Shown: positions 12,301-25,828 of the stretch, one piece after another
Position numbering within the stretch: position 1 is the stretch's first letter
Layout: each line of letters opens with the position of its first letter
Assembly (NCBI GenBank): GCA_905178155.1
Contig: CAJINV010000003.1
Coordinates: 3,608,370-3,672,369, forward strand
Direction: 5' to 3'
Length of the DNA stretch: 64,000 bases
Origin: Amoebophrya sp. A120
Lineage: Eukaryota > Protista > Dinoflagellata
The notes under the pieces: model-generated
Databases searched by the model: none
What the model was told of the DNA's origin: nothing
What the model saw: only the letters and a program-made list of their open reading frames with translations
Position numbers and translations under genes: made by a program

Positions 12301-14547
12301 CAACTGCCGTGGTTTCTGCGTCGGAAAAAAAATCGTCGACGGTGCGCGATATGACCTTCGCTGAGTCCTCCTTGTCCTTCTTCATTAAAGGGAAACTCCT
12401 TCTCGGTGGCAGAATTGCAAAACTAGAAGTTTCGTGCCAAGAAAGCGATCAGAATACCGGCGTGTGTAGAGGCTAAAATGCCATTTTCATGCTCGACTTC
12501 TGTGAAGATCGATAGGAAGTTTGCAAAAAAGAACTACACCCAGGAGGAGTACTTATTTCCTACTTACTTGCGCTGGTCCTTTCATCGCTTCAGCGTACAA
12601 CACTCCTACTTCGTCTTTTCCGTCGCCTAGAGGTTGTGTCTGCACGTCGGTGCCTAAAGGCAGTGGCACTACTGGGCGCTGGCCATCTTCATGTACAACC
12701 GCGGTACTTGACGAAACTGCCTTCGCCAAACTGACCTGCTGCCCGACTGCCAGGCTGGGGCTAGCTTTGCTGCCTGTGAACGACAAGCCGACGCCCTGCA
12801 CCAGAAGCGTAGTTTTTTCAATCGGCACTATGCGGTTAGACGAAACAGCCTTCGAGGGCATAGCACCAGATGAAAGAAAAATAGCTTCGCTCGTGGTGGG
12901 TGTTCCGATGGCGCTACTGCTGGAAGAAACAGCGGCGGCAACCGCAGCGAGGTCTTCTGGTGGCTGCTCGACTGGTGGCGTTTCCGGAATGCCAATGATA
13001 ACGCCTGTCCCCATGACCCCGGCGTCAGGAACAACTCCCGGCCCACTTGTAGATCCTCCTCCGGCAAAAGCTACGCTCTTGTTGCGCGCAGAGCCGGGGC
13101 GCGAGCCCCCGCGGGACAAAATACCGCCGCCGCTTCGTGGTGTCTGCAACGCGGAGCGCGCAAGTTGTTGCGCGGGTGCACCAGGTCCTCCGAGTGGCGT
13201 CAAGTTGCCAGTCTCGCTTCCGCTTGCGGGGCCGCCCGTACCAACACGGGACAGATCGAAAACGGAAGCTGCATCCGGTTCCTCTGCAAGGCTTAGATTC
13301 ACGAGCGCTTCGACGTCCTCCACCTTGTCTTCCGGTAGAAATGGGCTGCGCAGATACAGAACCGAAAATCCCGCGTGGAGCAGCTTCGCCAGGAATTCAA
13401 AGAACTCTTCTTCAGCGCGAAGCGGCACCTTGAGCAGCGTCGTGGCCATGCGGAACAACTGCGGGACTTCCCGTGCCAGCGCCACGAGCCGCCCGAACAC
13501 GCCGGGTCGCTTCCGACTCATACTTTTTGACAGTACAGCGGCTTCATGCAGGTTCTCTTTCACCGCTCTCGCCAAATTCGCTTGCGCTAGAATGTTGCCG
13601 TAGGACAAATTCACGCCCTTTTCCACACTAGTCACCGACAAGTACTGGAAAAGTTCCCGAAGTGCAAGCTGCAACGCAGCCTCGATGGAGTCTTCCGACG
13701 CATCGTAGAAGTTCTCGTCCGCAGCGAGCATTCGCTGAAAGTCGAAGTTGGCACTTTGATATTCGAGCAACAGCGTGACGTAGCAATCGGGATCGACGGA
13801 AGTAGTAGATGCCGCGTTCTGTGGTCCGACGCTTGGTGTCCTCGCGATCACAATGCCATCGCTAAGTCGGAGTCGAAAATCGTATTTGCGGAAGACAACG
13901 GCGAGCCTCTCGAAATAGGCTCCGGCATGCCGCAATCTTTGCCTCGTCTCACTTACTCCACTCGTTCTCCTGACAGTCAGATTTCCGGTGGCTGGCCCCC
14001 TTCCAGTGAGATTTCCACCGGCCTCCGACGCCGACACCGCTGGCGCACTGGACGTCGCGTCTTCCGGCACCCGAGGCAGCTTTTGCTCCGTGATCAGACT
14101 TTTTCGTTTTGGCGAAGCGAAGCGACTACTGTGTGCGGACTTCTTCTTTCTACGCGCCGCCGCAGGTGACGAATACTTATTGCCGTCTTGTTCATCGTCG
14201 TCGTTCTCGTCGTCCTGCTCTGCACTGCTGCGAAACTTCCGTCGCTGCGGAACGTCCTCGGCTTGCAGTAATGCGCTGTCAACCGGTACTCGCAGCAGCA
14301 CAAAGGGGTAGCCCAGCAGGCTGTTTGGGGGCTGGCTTGTTCCCGACTTCTTGTCCGCTGCCGCGCTGCTTCCCACTGCAGAAGACTCGCTACCGCTGCT
14401 CTCGCCCGCATTCGAGCCACCCGCGGGCGCGGACTTTGCCGAGGAGCGCACGCCAAGCACCTGCAGGAAACGGCCTGGCACCCGCTGTTCGTCATCACGC
14501 CAGTTCACGACATTGTGAAACAGCGCAGACCCACTCAGGGATAGCAT
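6308..14547 (-). CDS. Large uncharacterised protein, ~2550 aa, 5 exons (14547-12568, ~12379-10508, 10383-8596, 8467-6736, 6594-6308); possible degenerate NDK-like segments
   Basis: Four ORFs of 600-660 aa and a terminal ORF join in phase through GT-AG introns; the first acceptor is uncertain. No confident domain assignment. Confidence 0.7.
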
Positions 14548-14771
14548 CAGGAGGAATCAGCCGTCAGCCTCCTTCGGATTCGCTAACACGTGCACGGTTC
14601 AGGAGCTTGTTCTTCATTTTCCGACAACAATGGATGATCGGCGGACGTACGAGTAGGTGCTCGTGCACTTGCCCTCTTACTATTTGAATACCGACAGTCA
14701 AAAAAGTTTGATTTTTTGTAATAGGTTCATCTCTCAAACAAGAAGGGCCATCCTTCCTCAGTTTTCTTGCT

Positions 14772-15143
14772 TTAGCGTCGCCCCATTGATTCGCTCCCCT
14801 TTGACCTACTTTGGTCCAGAAACCTGAATTCGTAGAAGGTCCACGCTGACTTCTTCAAAAAATAGAGGACGTACAACGCCCCATCCATCGCTGCTGCATG
14901 GAGCCAGATCAAAACGAAGTGAGGATCTATCAGGTGGCAAAAAGTAAACCAGAGGAAGTAAAACACGGACGTCGCACAACTGCCATCTGTCCATAAAAAC
15001 AAATGGTACTATGACGCACCGTCGCCGCGGGTGCAAAGCACTTTCTTTTCATAAAAGGGCAAAAAGTGAGCTCTGGGTCTTTCTTTTGTCCAATGAAAGG
15101 TCACACATCCATCAAGACGGTTTCGGGTGGGCCTGGGTGGCAT
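14772..15143 (-). CDS. Possible small hydrophobic protein (~83 aa, 2 exons)
   Basis: MPPRPTRNRLDG can splice (GTGTGA...GACAG, phase 1) into the hydrophobic ORF SVFYFLWFTFCHLIDPHFVLIWLHAAAMDGALYVLYF. No homology recognised. Confidence 0.3.
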
Positions 15144-15669
15144 TGGGCTTTTTTATTACTTACATAAATTTCGTAGTTCGCGACTGTGCAGCTCCTTGCT
15201 GTCAGCAAGAAAGTGGTCCTGTCTCTGTATTCTTGAGTTTTTTACTTTGGTAGAGCTCCGAAACGAGGGTACTTATCCTCCTCTTACACGTACGCCACTA
15301 CTAGGAGTGTTCACACGTTTACGATACGACCGTTCCTCTGTGACGCCGAAGCGAAAATCTGTATTCTTAACGCTGGAAATTCAAAGTGGAGTATTCTTGC
15401 ACAGAAAGTTCTCGATTGCGACGCACACGCAGCGCTGATCGCAATCGATGAAGATTAAATATCGATATGGAAAAGGAAAAGCAAAATGAAAATCGGGGTT
15501 GTAGAAGACAAGTTCAAGTTGCAAACCTGCGCTGGAAATGAAAATCCTCAGCAGTTGCGTACTGATAGAAAAGTTCAAACTTTCTTGTCTGCAATGATGT
15601 ATTAAGCCTTGTATCGCACCATAGTAGTAAAGTTGTTTCTCGGAAACCGAGACGCGTTTTGATTGAAAA

Positions 15670-18600
15670 TTACAGGATGAGATGCTGCTGGTGTGGTGTT
15701 TTTGATGGATTGCGGACGCCGCAACTTCCCGGACTGTTGTAGTTGGCGTTTTGTGTGGCCGGCGACGCGGACTTGCCGTTCAGAATTTTTTCCGCATTCA
15801 GAGGTGGTGCAGACGAGGAGGCGACGGCGGCCCCCCACATGAAGTAGCACAAAACTGTGATCTGCAAGAAGTTGAAGATCACTCCGATCAAGTTCGGGAT
15901 CAGATAGGGAATGGAGTGAATCTTCAGCGAATACTCCGCCCACAAGGCGTTACTCACCAAACCCGCCGCCGTGAGAAGTGGGAGCGGGAACAGATCTGGA
16001 TCACCCGTCTCAATCACATCCAGGAGCTGCGCACAGGGCACGATGTACACGAAAATGTTGAACTGTTTGGAAATTCAAATTTTTTCAAGTGGAATGGAAC
16101 GTATTAGCACTGATGATCCACATGCACGATAACTCAACAGCACTCATCAAATCTATCATACGAATCAAACACGTAGTAGTACGATGATCCCGAGGTAGGA
16201 GAAGATTAGCGTTTTCGAAGTGACCACTATGTGCGGGATGGAGTCCAGCATGCTGTCTGCCTCCGTCTTCTGCTCGGGACCGTTTTTCTGTTCGGACAGG
16301 CCCAACCCCTCCTTCTCGATGGAGGTCTGCGGGATAGAACGGACCTGCAGCCACGACAACGGTGGCGCCACAGATGAATCATCTGCGTTTTCAGCTGCAG
16401 CGAGCGCCGGCGCCGACGTTGCGCCTTGTTTCAACATCTCTACTCGGCCACTGGTCGCAGTAGACTTCTGCAGTGCCGGCAGGACGTTTGCAACGCCTTG
16501 ATGAACCTGTGCGTCTGCCTTCTGACTCCCCGTTTGCTCTTGTTGGTCCACCTTGTTGGCTGGTGCGGAGGCGGGTGCATCGTCGACGAGGCGATCCACC
16601 AACGCCTTCGTCGTGAATTTTGAGTCCACATCCTCTGCGTCGTCGAGCAATTTCAAGTCCTTCTTTTCCGGTGCAGGCACCGCCGGCAGCACCGTAGACG
16701 CTGCTTCCTGCTGATCTTTGCGGGCGGTGGAGCTCGGGGGGGCAACGTCAACCTTTTTGTCTTGCTGATTATTTCCGATCTTGATGGTGACTTCGTTTTT
16801 TCCCACTACCACGGTTGTCCCGTGGTCGTCGGTTTTCTCGACGACGTTAGTTCCACTTTTCGCTGCTTCTGTGGTTTCGCGGGCCTGCCCCTCCCGCTCC
16901 TGACCCCCGGACGAAGACAATGCTGCAACTCGAGTAGGCGCGTCTTGTCCCATGCTGTCGGTGCTGCCTTTGTCGGCGGCAACGGACGGGTCGGGCCCCG
17001 CTGCGCCACGCCTGACGCCTTCGGACTCTGGCTGCGCGTTCCCAGTCGATTCTTGCAGTACCTCTCCAGAATTCCGATCCTCGTGTACTTTCGGAGACGA
17101 ATGGTGAATACTCACCACAATGTCTCCTGCTTCTTTGTCGCGCTGCTCGGCCTCACTCGCAACCTTGCCGGATTTAGTGTCATCTCCGATCGCGCCACTG
17201 ACCGGGATGCTCTCATGCGGAACGCCGTTAGCAGATTGCGCACCAGCAATTTCCTTCGGCGCCGCGGCGTCGGTCGCATCGCGAGAAGACGACGTAGACC
17301 TGCGAAGATGAAGTTCACAAATATGTATGTCGTGCCAACACAGGAAACAAGCACATGATACATGGATTGATGAGCGCAGTGATGAAACAACAATCAAAAA
17401 AAGTCCAAAATACGGAGTGGGTCCCCCGCTACTCGCATCTGCTGATCCTTTGTGAATCACTAACACGGTGTCGCCATCGTCACTTGCAGCTGCCCCGTTG
17501 TTCTTTTCTCCGGTTTTCGTGTCTTCTGCCCCACCTGTCGGCGCCTTCGCAGGTTCATTCTTGATCACAATCGAAACTGACTCGTCTTTTTTCATCCGTT
17601 TTTCGGTCGGTTGCGGCGTGGAGCCGCCCTTATTCGTTTCAACAGTTGTAGGGTTTTCAGCTGCAGCCACTTGAACCGGCTCAACATCGGACTTGTTGGG
17701 CAAAGCGATACCTGCTGTGCCTGAAGCGCGTGCATTGCTCCGCGACGTGCCACGCAGGGCGGTTTTCACAACGGGCTTGGCATCTAGTACCCCTGATGCC
17801 CGTGGTGCTTGATCACCTTCCCGAACCACGTTCACCTGACGAACCGCGCTGTTTTCCTCACTGACGTGTGAAGGTGCGCCTTCCAGAGGCTGTTGGCTCT
17901 GGGGGGTACTAGCGTCCGCTTCCGACGCACGAGTCCCTTCTTCCGATGCTTGCACTTTCACCGCGTCAACACCGCTCTCCGGCTTCGGAGATACCTCCTT
18001 GGTCATCGTCTGTGCACTGCTCTGCTGAGATGAAACCACGCTCGCTTCGCCTGCGGGAGGTTTCGCCTCTACGATGTCCTGCTGTCCGACGTCGTGTTGC
18101 TTCGCGACAGCCGTCGTGGTCTCGCCCTTGATTTCTTCGCGCAAGTGCTTCTGGTGGTGGACTTCTTGGATGAGCAACTTCTGTGCGTGGTCTTCGTGCG
18201 CGTTCATGTTCAGGACGCCCACACAAAATAGCAGTGTCCCGAGAACCATGGTCGTGTTGAAAGCCGACAGAAAGGAAAACTGCATCCGCCGCTTCACTTT
18301 TTCTTCCGCCTGGAAAAACATAACCGGGTCCTCCGAAGTAGATGCAGTGGCACCAACATGTTTCGAGGACCTCGTCCCAGCACCGTCTTGCAAAAAAAAG
18401 TCGTGCGGCTGGTGCGCACCATGGCAGCTTTCGTCGTTGTGCGCTGACGCTGCCTTGCTCCCACCGGACAGGAGCGGTTCGGTCTCGTCCGTACACAAGT
18501 TTATTGCCGGGTGCTGTTCTTCGTGGCCAGCCCCTTGCTCCAGATCGGCGGCTGTACGACCTGGAGTCCAGGTCGACGATGCTCCGAGCTGCTCATCGTC

Positions 18601-19491
18601 GGAGGAAGAAGACGAAGACGTCGCCTGCAGGCTGCCGGACACCGTACTCGAGAGCGCGCCGCCAACCGTGGTGGAACTGCTTTCCGTGCCACTGTGAAAG
18701 TTCATATCCGCTTGTTTCGACGACGTGGAATGTTTCATCGAGCCAGACAGCTGCGACTCCTGATCGCTACTTCCCGAGGAGGACGAGGAGCTAATATTTG
18801 CAGTTTGGTGGGAGCGCCCGCCCCCACTCTGCCCCCACACGAACATCGAGTCCAGCTTTGCGTAGCTGAACAAATCATCCCGCTCGAAGCTTCCCCGCTG
18901 GACACCGAAGGGCCCCCCCGCACTGGCGGAGGACTTCGACGAGGACTTTGACTCCGCCGCATGCGCTGGCGCCGGAGTCGAACACGACATCGGTGAGTCG
19001 TTGGGCGGACGCTCGGGGGAGAAGGTGACCTGCTCCGGGACGTCGTCTCCCCGCTCCTTCTGGGACGACGCGGAGGAGGCAAAAACGTCGAGCCGCTGTT
19101 CGTACTGATTGTTCACCGCGGCCAACTTCAGCTCCTCCAAACGCTGCTTCGCGATGTTCTTCTCGATGTAGTAGGTGCTGACCGCCAGGTACACGACGAA
19201 GCACACCACGCCGAGACCGTTGATGAACAGAATGTCGCTGTTTTCCGTGGTGTACCCGTAGAAGGTCCAGAACAACGCACTCATGTACAAAAACACGTAG
19301 GGCAGGCAGAAGTTCATCTTCTGCCGAAAAGTCTTCGTCATTTCCGCGATCGAGTCCCCGTCCGTAACGATGATGTGGTACACGTAGGGGAGAGGAGTGA
19401 ACGTCACGATGCAACTGGCCACGGTGGCGGCCTTTGCCAGAAGCACGAGCGACCCGTCCATCGACACAGCGTCACCGTCCACGCCGTCCAT
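15670..19491 (-). CDS. SWEET/MtN3 sugar transporter with very large insertions, ~1195 aa, exons 19491-17414, 17299-16183, 16062-15670
   Basis: First MtN3 repeat: TFTPLP...CLPYVFLYMSALFWTFYG...ILFINGLG. Second repeat after splicing: LGIIFNIFVYIVPCAQL...FPLPLL...NALWAEY...YLIPNLIG...LQI. The 3588-nt spliced frame is contiguous. Confidence 0.85.
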
Positions 19492-20198
19492 TGTGGGAAC
19501 AGGTTCCGATTCGCGTTTTCCTGCTGCCCGGGAGGTGGTCAATGATTCAATTATACGAGCAACGTGATTAGTGCCACGCTTCGTTCTATTTCTTCAGATT
19601 CTCTCTTTCTCCTTGTAATGCTAATCGACTACTTCAACATTGCAACATTCCAAGGTTGGTCGTTAAGGGTAATTTCATTAAAGGTCAAGAGGTCATTCCT
19701 CGCAACAACGAATCAACTCTCACAGGGCATAGTGCTCGTTTTGTCTTTTTCGATGTCGACGACCACGATAAAAGCAAAACAGCTAGAAACGAGCCTCATT
19801 TTTAGCACTTCTCCACCTCGTCTTTTTGTGACAAATCACTCGAGTTCGATAAGCGAGTTGCGATTTACGTGTATCTCTTTTCCCTTTTGCCCCGAACAAA
19901 CTTCTATCTTCAAGGAAGTAGAGACCCTCTATCTAATGACGATCATTCGTTTCGACCTCAAAGCCCCGGAAAGCTTTTCGTTTCCGTACGTTCTCTTCAG
20001 CGAAAAAATACTAAGTGAGCGTGGCCCTATTCGAGGTCACAGCCACGCACTGTGTCAGTGAAAATGCAAGTGCAGCACGGAGACCGTTGCAAAGACGGGG
20101 AATGGCGATAGATGCGTATAGATACGAAGATGCTGCGCATATTTACGAGAGTACTTCGGATGAAACACGTGGCACGATGCAGCCGCACTGAGGTAGCC

Positions 20199-21353
20199 CT
20201 ATCCCGCTATGATCTCCTCCGGGTCGTCACTCGCGAAGAACTGGACGATGCGATTGGCCAGAGCGGGTCCGAGCCGCCGCGTTTCGTTCTTTCCGCGTTG
20301 GGGAACCAAAAGATTTTCCAGCTGCTTAAGGACATTGCCGTAGGCTCTGGCTTCGTCCTGCAGAATTGCGCTGACCAAAAGAGGTGGCGTTTTGAAGTTC
20401 TCAGCCACCACCTTCGCCATTTCCTCGCCGAGACCGGGAATCTCCATCAGCATGGAGCACCAGTTCCCGTACATTGCGCCGATGCCCTCCACGTTCGTGG
20501 GCACGGACTTGCAACCCTCCGCGCGATGGTGGAATTCGCCCGTCGCGGTCTTTTTGTTCTTGCTCTTGAGCACCGCCTCCACTGCAACCAGGACGTACGA
20601 ACCGGCTTCGCTGAGCGAAGACACCTCGATCATGTCCAGATCGTGCAGCACAAGCCCTTCGGCAACGTAGTCCGTGCTCCGATCGTCGCTTTTCACGACC
20701 AGCACAGCCCGCGCGGCTCGGCGCTGAATCTGCATTTTCTTCAAATTCTCCATCAGCTCACGGAGCTGGGCGTCCGTGGCATTGCGCACCGTGCGATCAA
20801 AAAAACCCATCACGCAGGGAAGCCGCGGATCGTAGCTGTCTTGTTGTATTATTTCCTGACGTTGTTCTGCTGGTTGTTTTCCGCCGGGTGTAGTTTTACT
20901 GCTTGATTTATTTTTCACACTACTTGCGTCGCCAAACACCGCATCCATGGCTGAGGCGTAGTCCCACGAGGTGCGGAGGAACGCAAAGGGGAAGGGGCTC
21001 GCCTGTTCCTGTATCGAAAACTCACCGAGCGACTGCACGCTCGACCGGAACTTGGCATCTTTGATTTCCCGCGTAAACGCTTCTGGAACCAGTGTGCAGA
21101 TTTCTAGGACGACGGTAAGCTGCTCCTTCGTGGTTCCGCGACGCGATTGCGACATCACCTGTGAGTCGCCCGTGGGAAGCTGCGCCGAGTCCGGTTGCTG
21201 TGAACTCTGCTGGGTGCCGACCGCGGGAGTGGACGTGGGGGTCGCCTGTGCTCGCTTCGGCTGCCTCTTCGCACGCACTTTGGCCTTCGCCTTGGCCTTC
21301 GGCGCAGGCGCCGCATCCTCCTTGTCTCCGATCAGGTACTCGTCGTCTAGCAT
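20199..21353 (-). CDS. EME1: EME1/Mms4-like subunit of the Mus81 crossover-junction endonuclease
   Basis: C-terminal HhH region WCSMLMEIPGLGEEMAKVVAENFKTP...LENLLV...RRLGPALANRIVQFFASDDPEEI matches the EME1 pattern. Single exon. Confidence 0.75.
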   Translation of the reverse strand: MLDDEYLIGDKEDAAPAPKAKAKAKVRAKRQPKRAQATPTSTPAVGTQQSSQQPDSAQLPTGDSQVMSQSRRGTTKEQLTVVLEICTLVPEAFTREIKDAKFRSSVQSLGEFSIQEQASPFPFAFLRTSWDYASAMDAVFGDASSVKNKSSSKTTPGGKQPAEQRQEIIQQDSYDPRLPCVMGFFDRTVRNATDAQLRELMENLKKMQIQRRAARAVLVVKSDDRSTDYVAEGLVLHDLDMIEVSSLSEAGSYVLVAVEAVLKSKNKKTATGEFHHRAEGCKSVPTNVEGIGAMYGNWCSMLMEIPGLGEEMAKVVAENFKTPPLLVSAILQDEARAYGNVLKQLENLLVPQRGKNETRRLGPALANRIVQFFASDDPEEIIAG

Positions 21354-22026
21354 TTTCTTTGTAGCTCAAACGATCTCAAAAGATATGATCTTCCGTACAA
21401 AACCCGTAGCTGGCGCTCTGGTTGGACTTTCTAGAAAAGCGACTTAGAGTCAAGATATCAATTAGGAAGTTGTAGACGGAAAAAAAGAAAAAAGCAATCA
21501 TGCAATAAACGAGGTAGCTGCATTGATTTGCTTCTTGTTCTTTTCACTTGACCATCATGTCCTTCCTATGGTGCACCAGATTCATAGATACGTGCTACTC
21601 TAAAAAAAAACAACTTAAAAAGCCTTCAGCTTTCTATTGTCGTTGCAGCTCCGCAGAGCTGCCATCAAAAGTGCTGGCCAGCATCGGCACAAAAGACGCA
21701 TCTTTTAGATACGGTGCCACTAGTTGTCCTGATCTTCTGAGCTCCGGTTGATCCTCGCCCGGCTGATCTTTAACACGAACCAGTAGAACAAGAAGTGAAG
21801 CAGAAAAAAATTCAGAGGAAGGCGCAAACCAGTTTTCAACTTGCTTGACCAGTTTCCTGTAAACTGATTCATGTGTCGCTTACAAAGAAGAGTTTCCAAA
21901 CTCGTCTTTGGGTTGTTCTTTTCCATATTCATTTCGTGCTGCGCAAGTCTCTTTTATCATACAGTCTGCCTCATCCTGCGCTGGTTTGTGGTTTTTTTAG
22001 CACTTAGAGGGACGACGAGCCACCGC

Positions 22027-25000
22027 TCATTTTTTTCCTGTGCCTCCGTTTGTGACCGCAGCCACCGCAGTTGCTTTGAACGCCGCCGCAGAATCGTCTT
22101 CGGAAGCAGCGGGAGTTTCGGCTATTGGCGGCAGCGTCTGTCCACCGTGCTTTTTGAGATTTTGCAGTTCCACCGCAACTTGCTCCTCGACACTGAGACC
22201 GTGCAGCGAAGAGGAGTTGCTCTTCCCGCTACCAGCACCACCGGAGCCGGACATCATTCCGCTATAGGAAGGAACTGAATCATGCGCTCTAGCACTACTT
22301 CGCGATACCGTAGCTGCGGCAACATTCCCTCTGAGCGACCTTTTCCGCTCCCATTTCTGGTATTCTGACTCCACGCTCCGCAGCCCCGTGCTGAACTGGG
22401 CAACGGCCTCGTGGATCCGAAATTTCTGGTCCAGCAGCACCCTTTCTAGTTGCTGCGTTCGATCGGTGACCGCGTCCGCCTCGGAGCTGCCGGCCGCGGA
22501 AGTCACTGCCACGGCCTCGCGCAGCGCGGCAAGACTGTTCAGCTGCGAATGCAGCAGGTCCGCTTGCTTGTCGATGATGCGGCGCAAGGTCCGCATCTCG
22601 CTTTCCTGGCGGTCCATCCGCTCGAGAAGCACTTCTTTCCCCGAATCCGCCAGCAGGTGGTCATCCAACGACTGCTTCCGCCGGAGCTGCTCCTCCGGCG
22701 AGCCGGGCTGTGCGTCCGCCAGTTCGGCGAAGTTTTCGTGGCCGACCGAGTCCAGAATTTCCGCCTCGTAGTCGGGCTCGATCAGCTCCGACATCCGCCG
22801 CTTTTGGTTCTCTTCGTCGATGCGGCGACACTCGTCCTCCAGCTCCTTTGTGCGCTGCAGCCGCTCGGCCATCTCCTGGGCGCGCTCGGCTTCGGCCTGC
22901 GCGTCCCGCTTCGCAGCCTCCCGCTCTTCAGGAGAGGCGGACGCCAGAAGAGCCTCTTGCACCGCACTCCTCGGCCTCGTCGGAGTCGACGCTGCTGTTT
23001 TATTTCCCGCCTCTGCTGTTGTGCCACCCGCTGGCGGTGAAACTGCGGCACCACTTGCTGCAGTAGAGGTCGCTAGGTCAGAACCTGTTGTAGGTCGTGA
23101 GAGTATTGCTTCATTGTTCAAAGCGATCGCGATGATCATCTCGAAGACCTCCTTACCTTCTGAAAAACGAATGCAAAATAAATACAGAAAGGACCTTCCG
23201 GGCCCGTAATTCATCTCAAATTTTGTGCAGAGTGATGAAAAAATCAACTACCTTTTTCCGCCACTGCGTGTGACATGTCGGGTGGCAACTCAGTGACGTG
23301 AAGCAAGACATCGGCAATGTTTTTCTCCGCTGAGCCTTCCGACGAGGTTGCGGCTTCCTTTCGCGTCTTCTCCAGCTCCTTCTCTTGTTGCTGGACGGAC
23401 GTGAGAATTTCCTCTTCCGCTAACTTGCCCTTCCCACTCAGGTAGTAGGTCTGGATCCAGAGCAACACCGAGACCGGTATAGACCGATGGCTGGACAGCT
23501 GCAGCCACGAGGTCAACCCCTCACGCATGGACTCGACGGACACGTCCGCGGTGAACGGAATCGCCCGCGCTCGACACAAGTCGATCAGGTCCTCGCGGGA
23601 CAAGGACTCCACGCCTTCAAACAGAATCTCGCGGTCCTCTCGCCGCAACCTGGTGCATTGCGGATTCCTCGGTGTCAGTGCAGGAGCTGCCTTTCGCACG
23701 ACATGCTTAAGCGATAGTAGATTGTATGTATCTATCAACGTGAGTGTCAAAACCTAAAACTTCGTATAGACGAAGGGTGGTTTATAATTTGTAGTTCGAA
23801 GCATCTTCATGCAGATGCTGCACAGGACAGATGTATAAAGCAAAGACAAACAACACTGCATGCGATACCTGTTCACGTGGTGGCGGAGGCGAATGTTCAA
23901 ATGGGACCGAAACAGAGCGGTGTCGTCGACACCAAGAATATCGGCCATGATGCGCAGCTTCTCCTCCGGTAGATTTTCGAAAGTGAACCACTGCCCAAAC
24001 ATCCGCGAAAACCGCAACACCTGTTGGAGAATGATATTTCTTTGTACCGAACGACTTCGTACCACTTCGGCCTTTTTGGCGCTGCAGCTTAATAAAATAT
24101 GCTTCTGTTTTGCCCAGTGCAGCAGGAACAAACGGGAAACTACTCACTCGTAGGTACAAGAAAAGTACCTCTTGTGCGGTGGGAAATTCGTGAGCTTCGA
24201 GCTTCGCCTGGAAGGCATTGAACTCCGCTTTCGTTTCCTCAAGCGTGAGCCCCTCTTCTGTTTCCGTGGAGGCTTGGAAGATAGCTTCCTTGGTCGTTTC
24301 GTCGACGACCTCTTGGAAGAAAACGGCAAGTTCCTTTTTAGCTTTCAACGTTTTCACCATGCTCTCGTTGCGCTCGCCCCGCTCCAGGAAAGTTGAGGGC
24401 ATCAGGTTGGGAAAGAGGTACAGGGCAAAAGGCAAAAAGACTTCGGCAAATGGCACGATGATGAACACCGAAAAGGGTATCAATTTCCCCATGTCCGCGA
24501 GGGTCCGAACGAGCATCTTGCGGTCTCGGTACGATAGCTGGTGGCCGCGAAACTTCTTGCGCATCAGCCGCTTGGCTAGTTTCACATTCGCCATCAGTAA
24601 ACCAAAACCTGTGGTAGAAACGTCTCGCTGAAAACAAAATCAAAGCGTGCTTGGAGGTGCTCGAGCGACAGCCATTGATTCTAGTACGCACACAGTAGGC
24701 TTTACTGTTGCCTAGAAGCTCAACATTTTCTTCATGTCATCACATAGTACGTTTGAAGACCAGCATGCTCATTAATCGTGCGACGACTCCAGCTCAAAAA
24801 TTGAGTTTGAATCAAAAGCACTCGTGGCCATTCTATGTACCTTGTTTATTCCACTCGATGAAGTGCTGAACTGCGTGCTTGGTGTCTTTCCACCAGATTT
24901 TCGCTACGCCCGGATCCCGCGCAAGTTTGAGGAATCCGTTTGCTACTATCTTCGTGTATTTCCCCACGGTCCCAGCGACCGTTATGGCATAGTCTTTGGC

Positions 25001-25828
25001 CTTCACACTGCAAAAACTGAAACTCGCCTTGACGCCCTGGGGACTCAAGTACTCGCGGAGTGCCTTGCGGGCCTGCGTGCGCCGTTTTGATCCATAGTCG
25101 TAAGAGACAGCGGCGCTGTGTGGGGGCTCCCCCTCCGCTACGGTAGACGATGATCCCTCACGTGGAGAACCACTACTTGAAGAACTACTTACCCCGGCCG
25201 CCGCACCGGTACTCGATGCGCCATTAGTACCCATTTTTTGTGCCGCGCCGTTCCCGTTGCTTGATTCGCCATTTGAAAGTCCATTTTTGCCTCCGCCCTC
25301 TGCTATCTTTCGTCTGGTTTCTTTGGAAACTTTGAAACGCGGGGCATCACCCTGGAGCTGCTTTCCGTCGCCCAGCGAAGATGCGGCTGGTCTTGATTCC
25401 TGATTTGCCACTTCGCTGGCAGACCCGAAACCGCGAACGGACGTAGTGGAGTACCCTGCAGTGCTCGGAGACGATGGGGAAGAACGCGGCGCTGCACAAC
25501 TGCTATGTGTGGGAGAAAGCCCAGGGGGTCTGTGAGCGGAACGGTCTAGAAAGGAAGTTCCAGACAGGCCCTTTGATGACGAGGTGGAGTATTTCAGCCA
25601 CAGCGAAGATGACGAGGACGCCGAGGCTGTTGTGGACAAATGCCTTGTACATAATTCTTGGTCCGTCGCTGATGAAGGAACCCGCACCGCTGGTGTCCAA
25701 GCTAGCCGGGGGGTCCCTGCGATACTGGTGCCAGTAGCGCGCGATGAGCGCACAACCGAAGAGGAAGCTGATCTCCCGCTTCTCCCGGTTGCGACGGACC
25801 GAACGGTGCGCGCAACACCTTGCTGCAT
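22027..25828 (-). CDS. LETM1: LETM1/Mdm38 mitochondrial inner-membrane protein, ~1036 aa, exons 25828-24841, 24608-24169, 24020-23869, 23649-23252, 23159-22027
   Basis: LSYRDRKMLVRTLADMGKLIPFSVFIIVPFAEVFLPFALYLFPNLMPSTF and REDREILFEGVESLSREDLIDLCRARAI...WLQLS...IPVSVLL. R/S-rich mitochondrial-type N-terminus. Four GT-AG introns give a 3111-nt frame. Confidence 0.9.
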
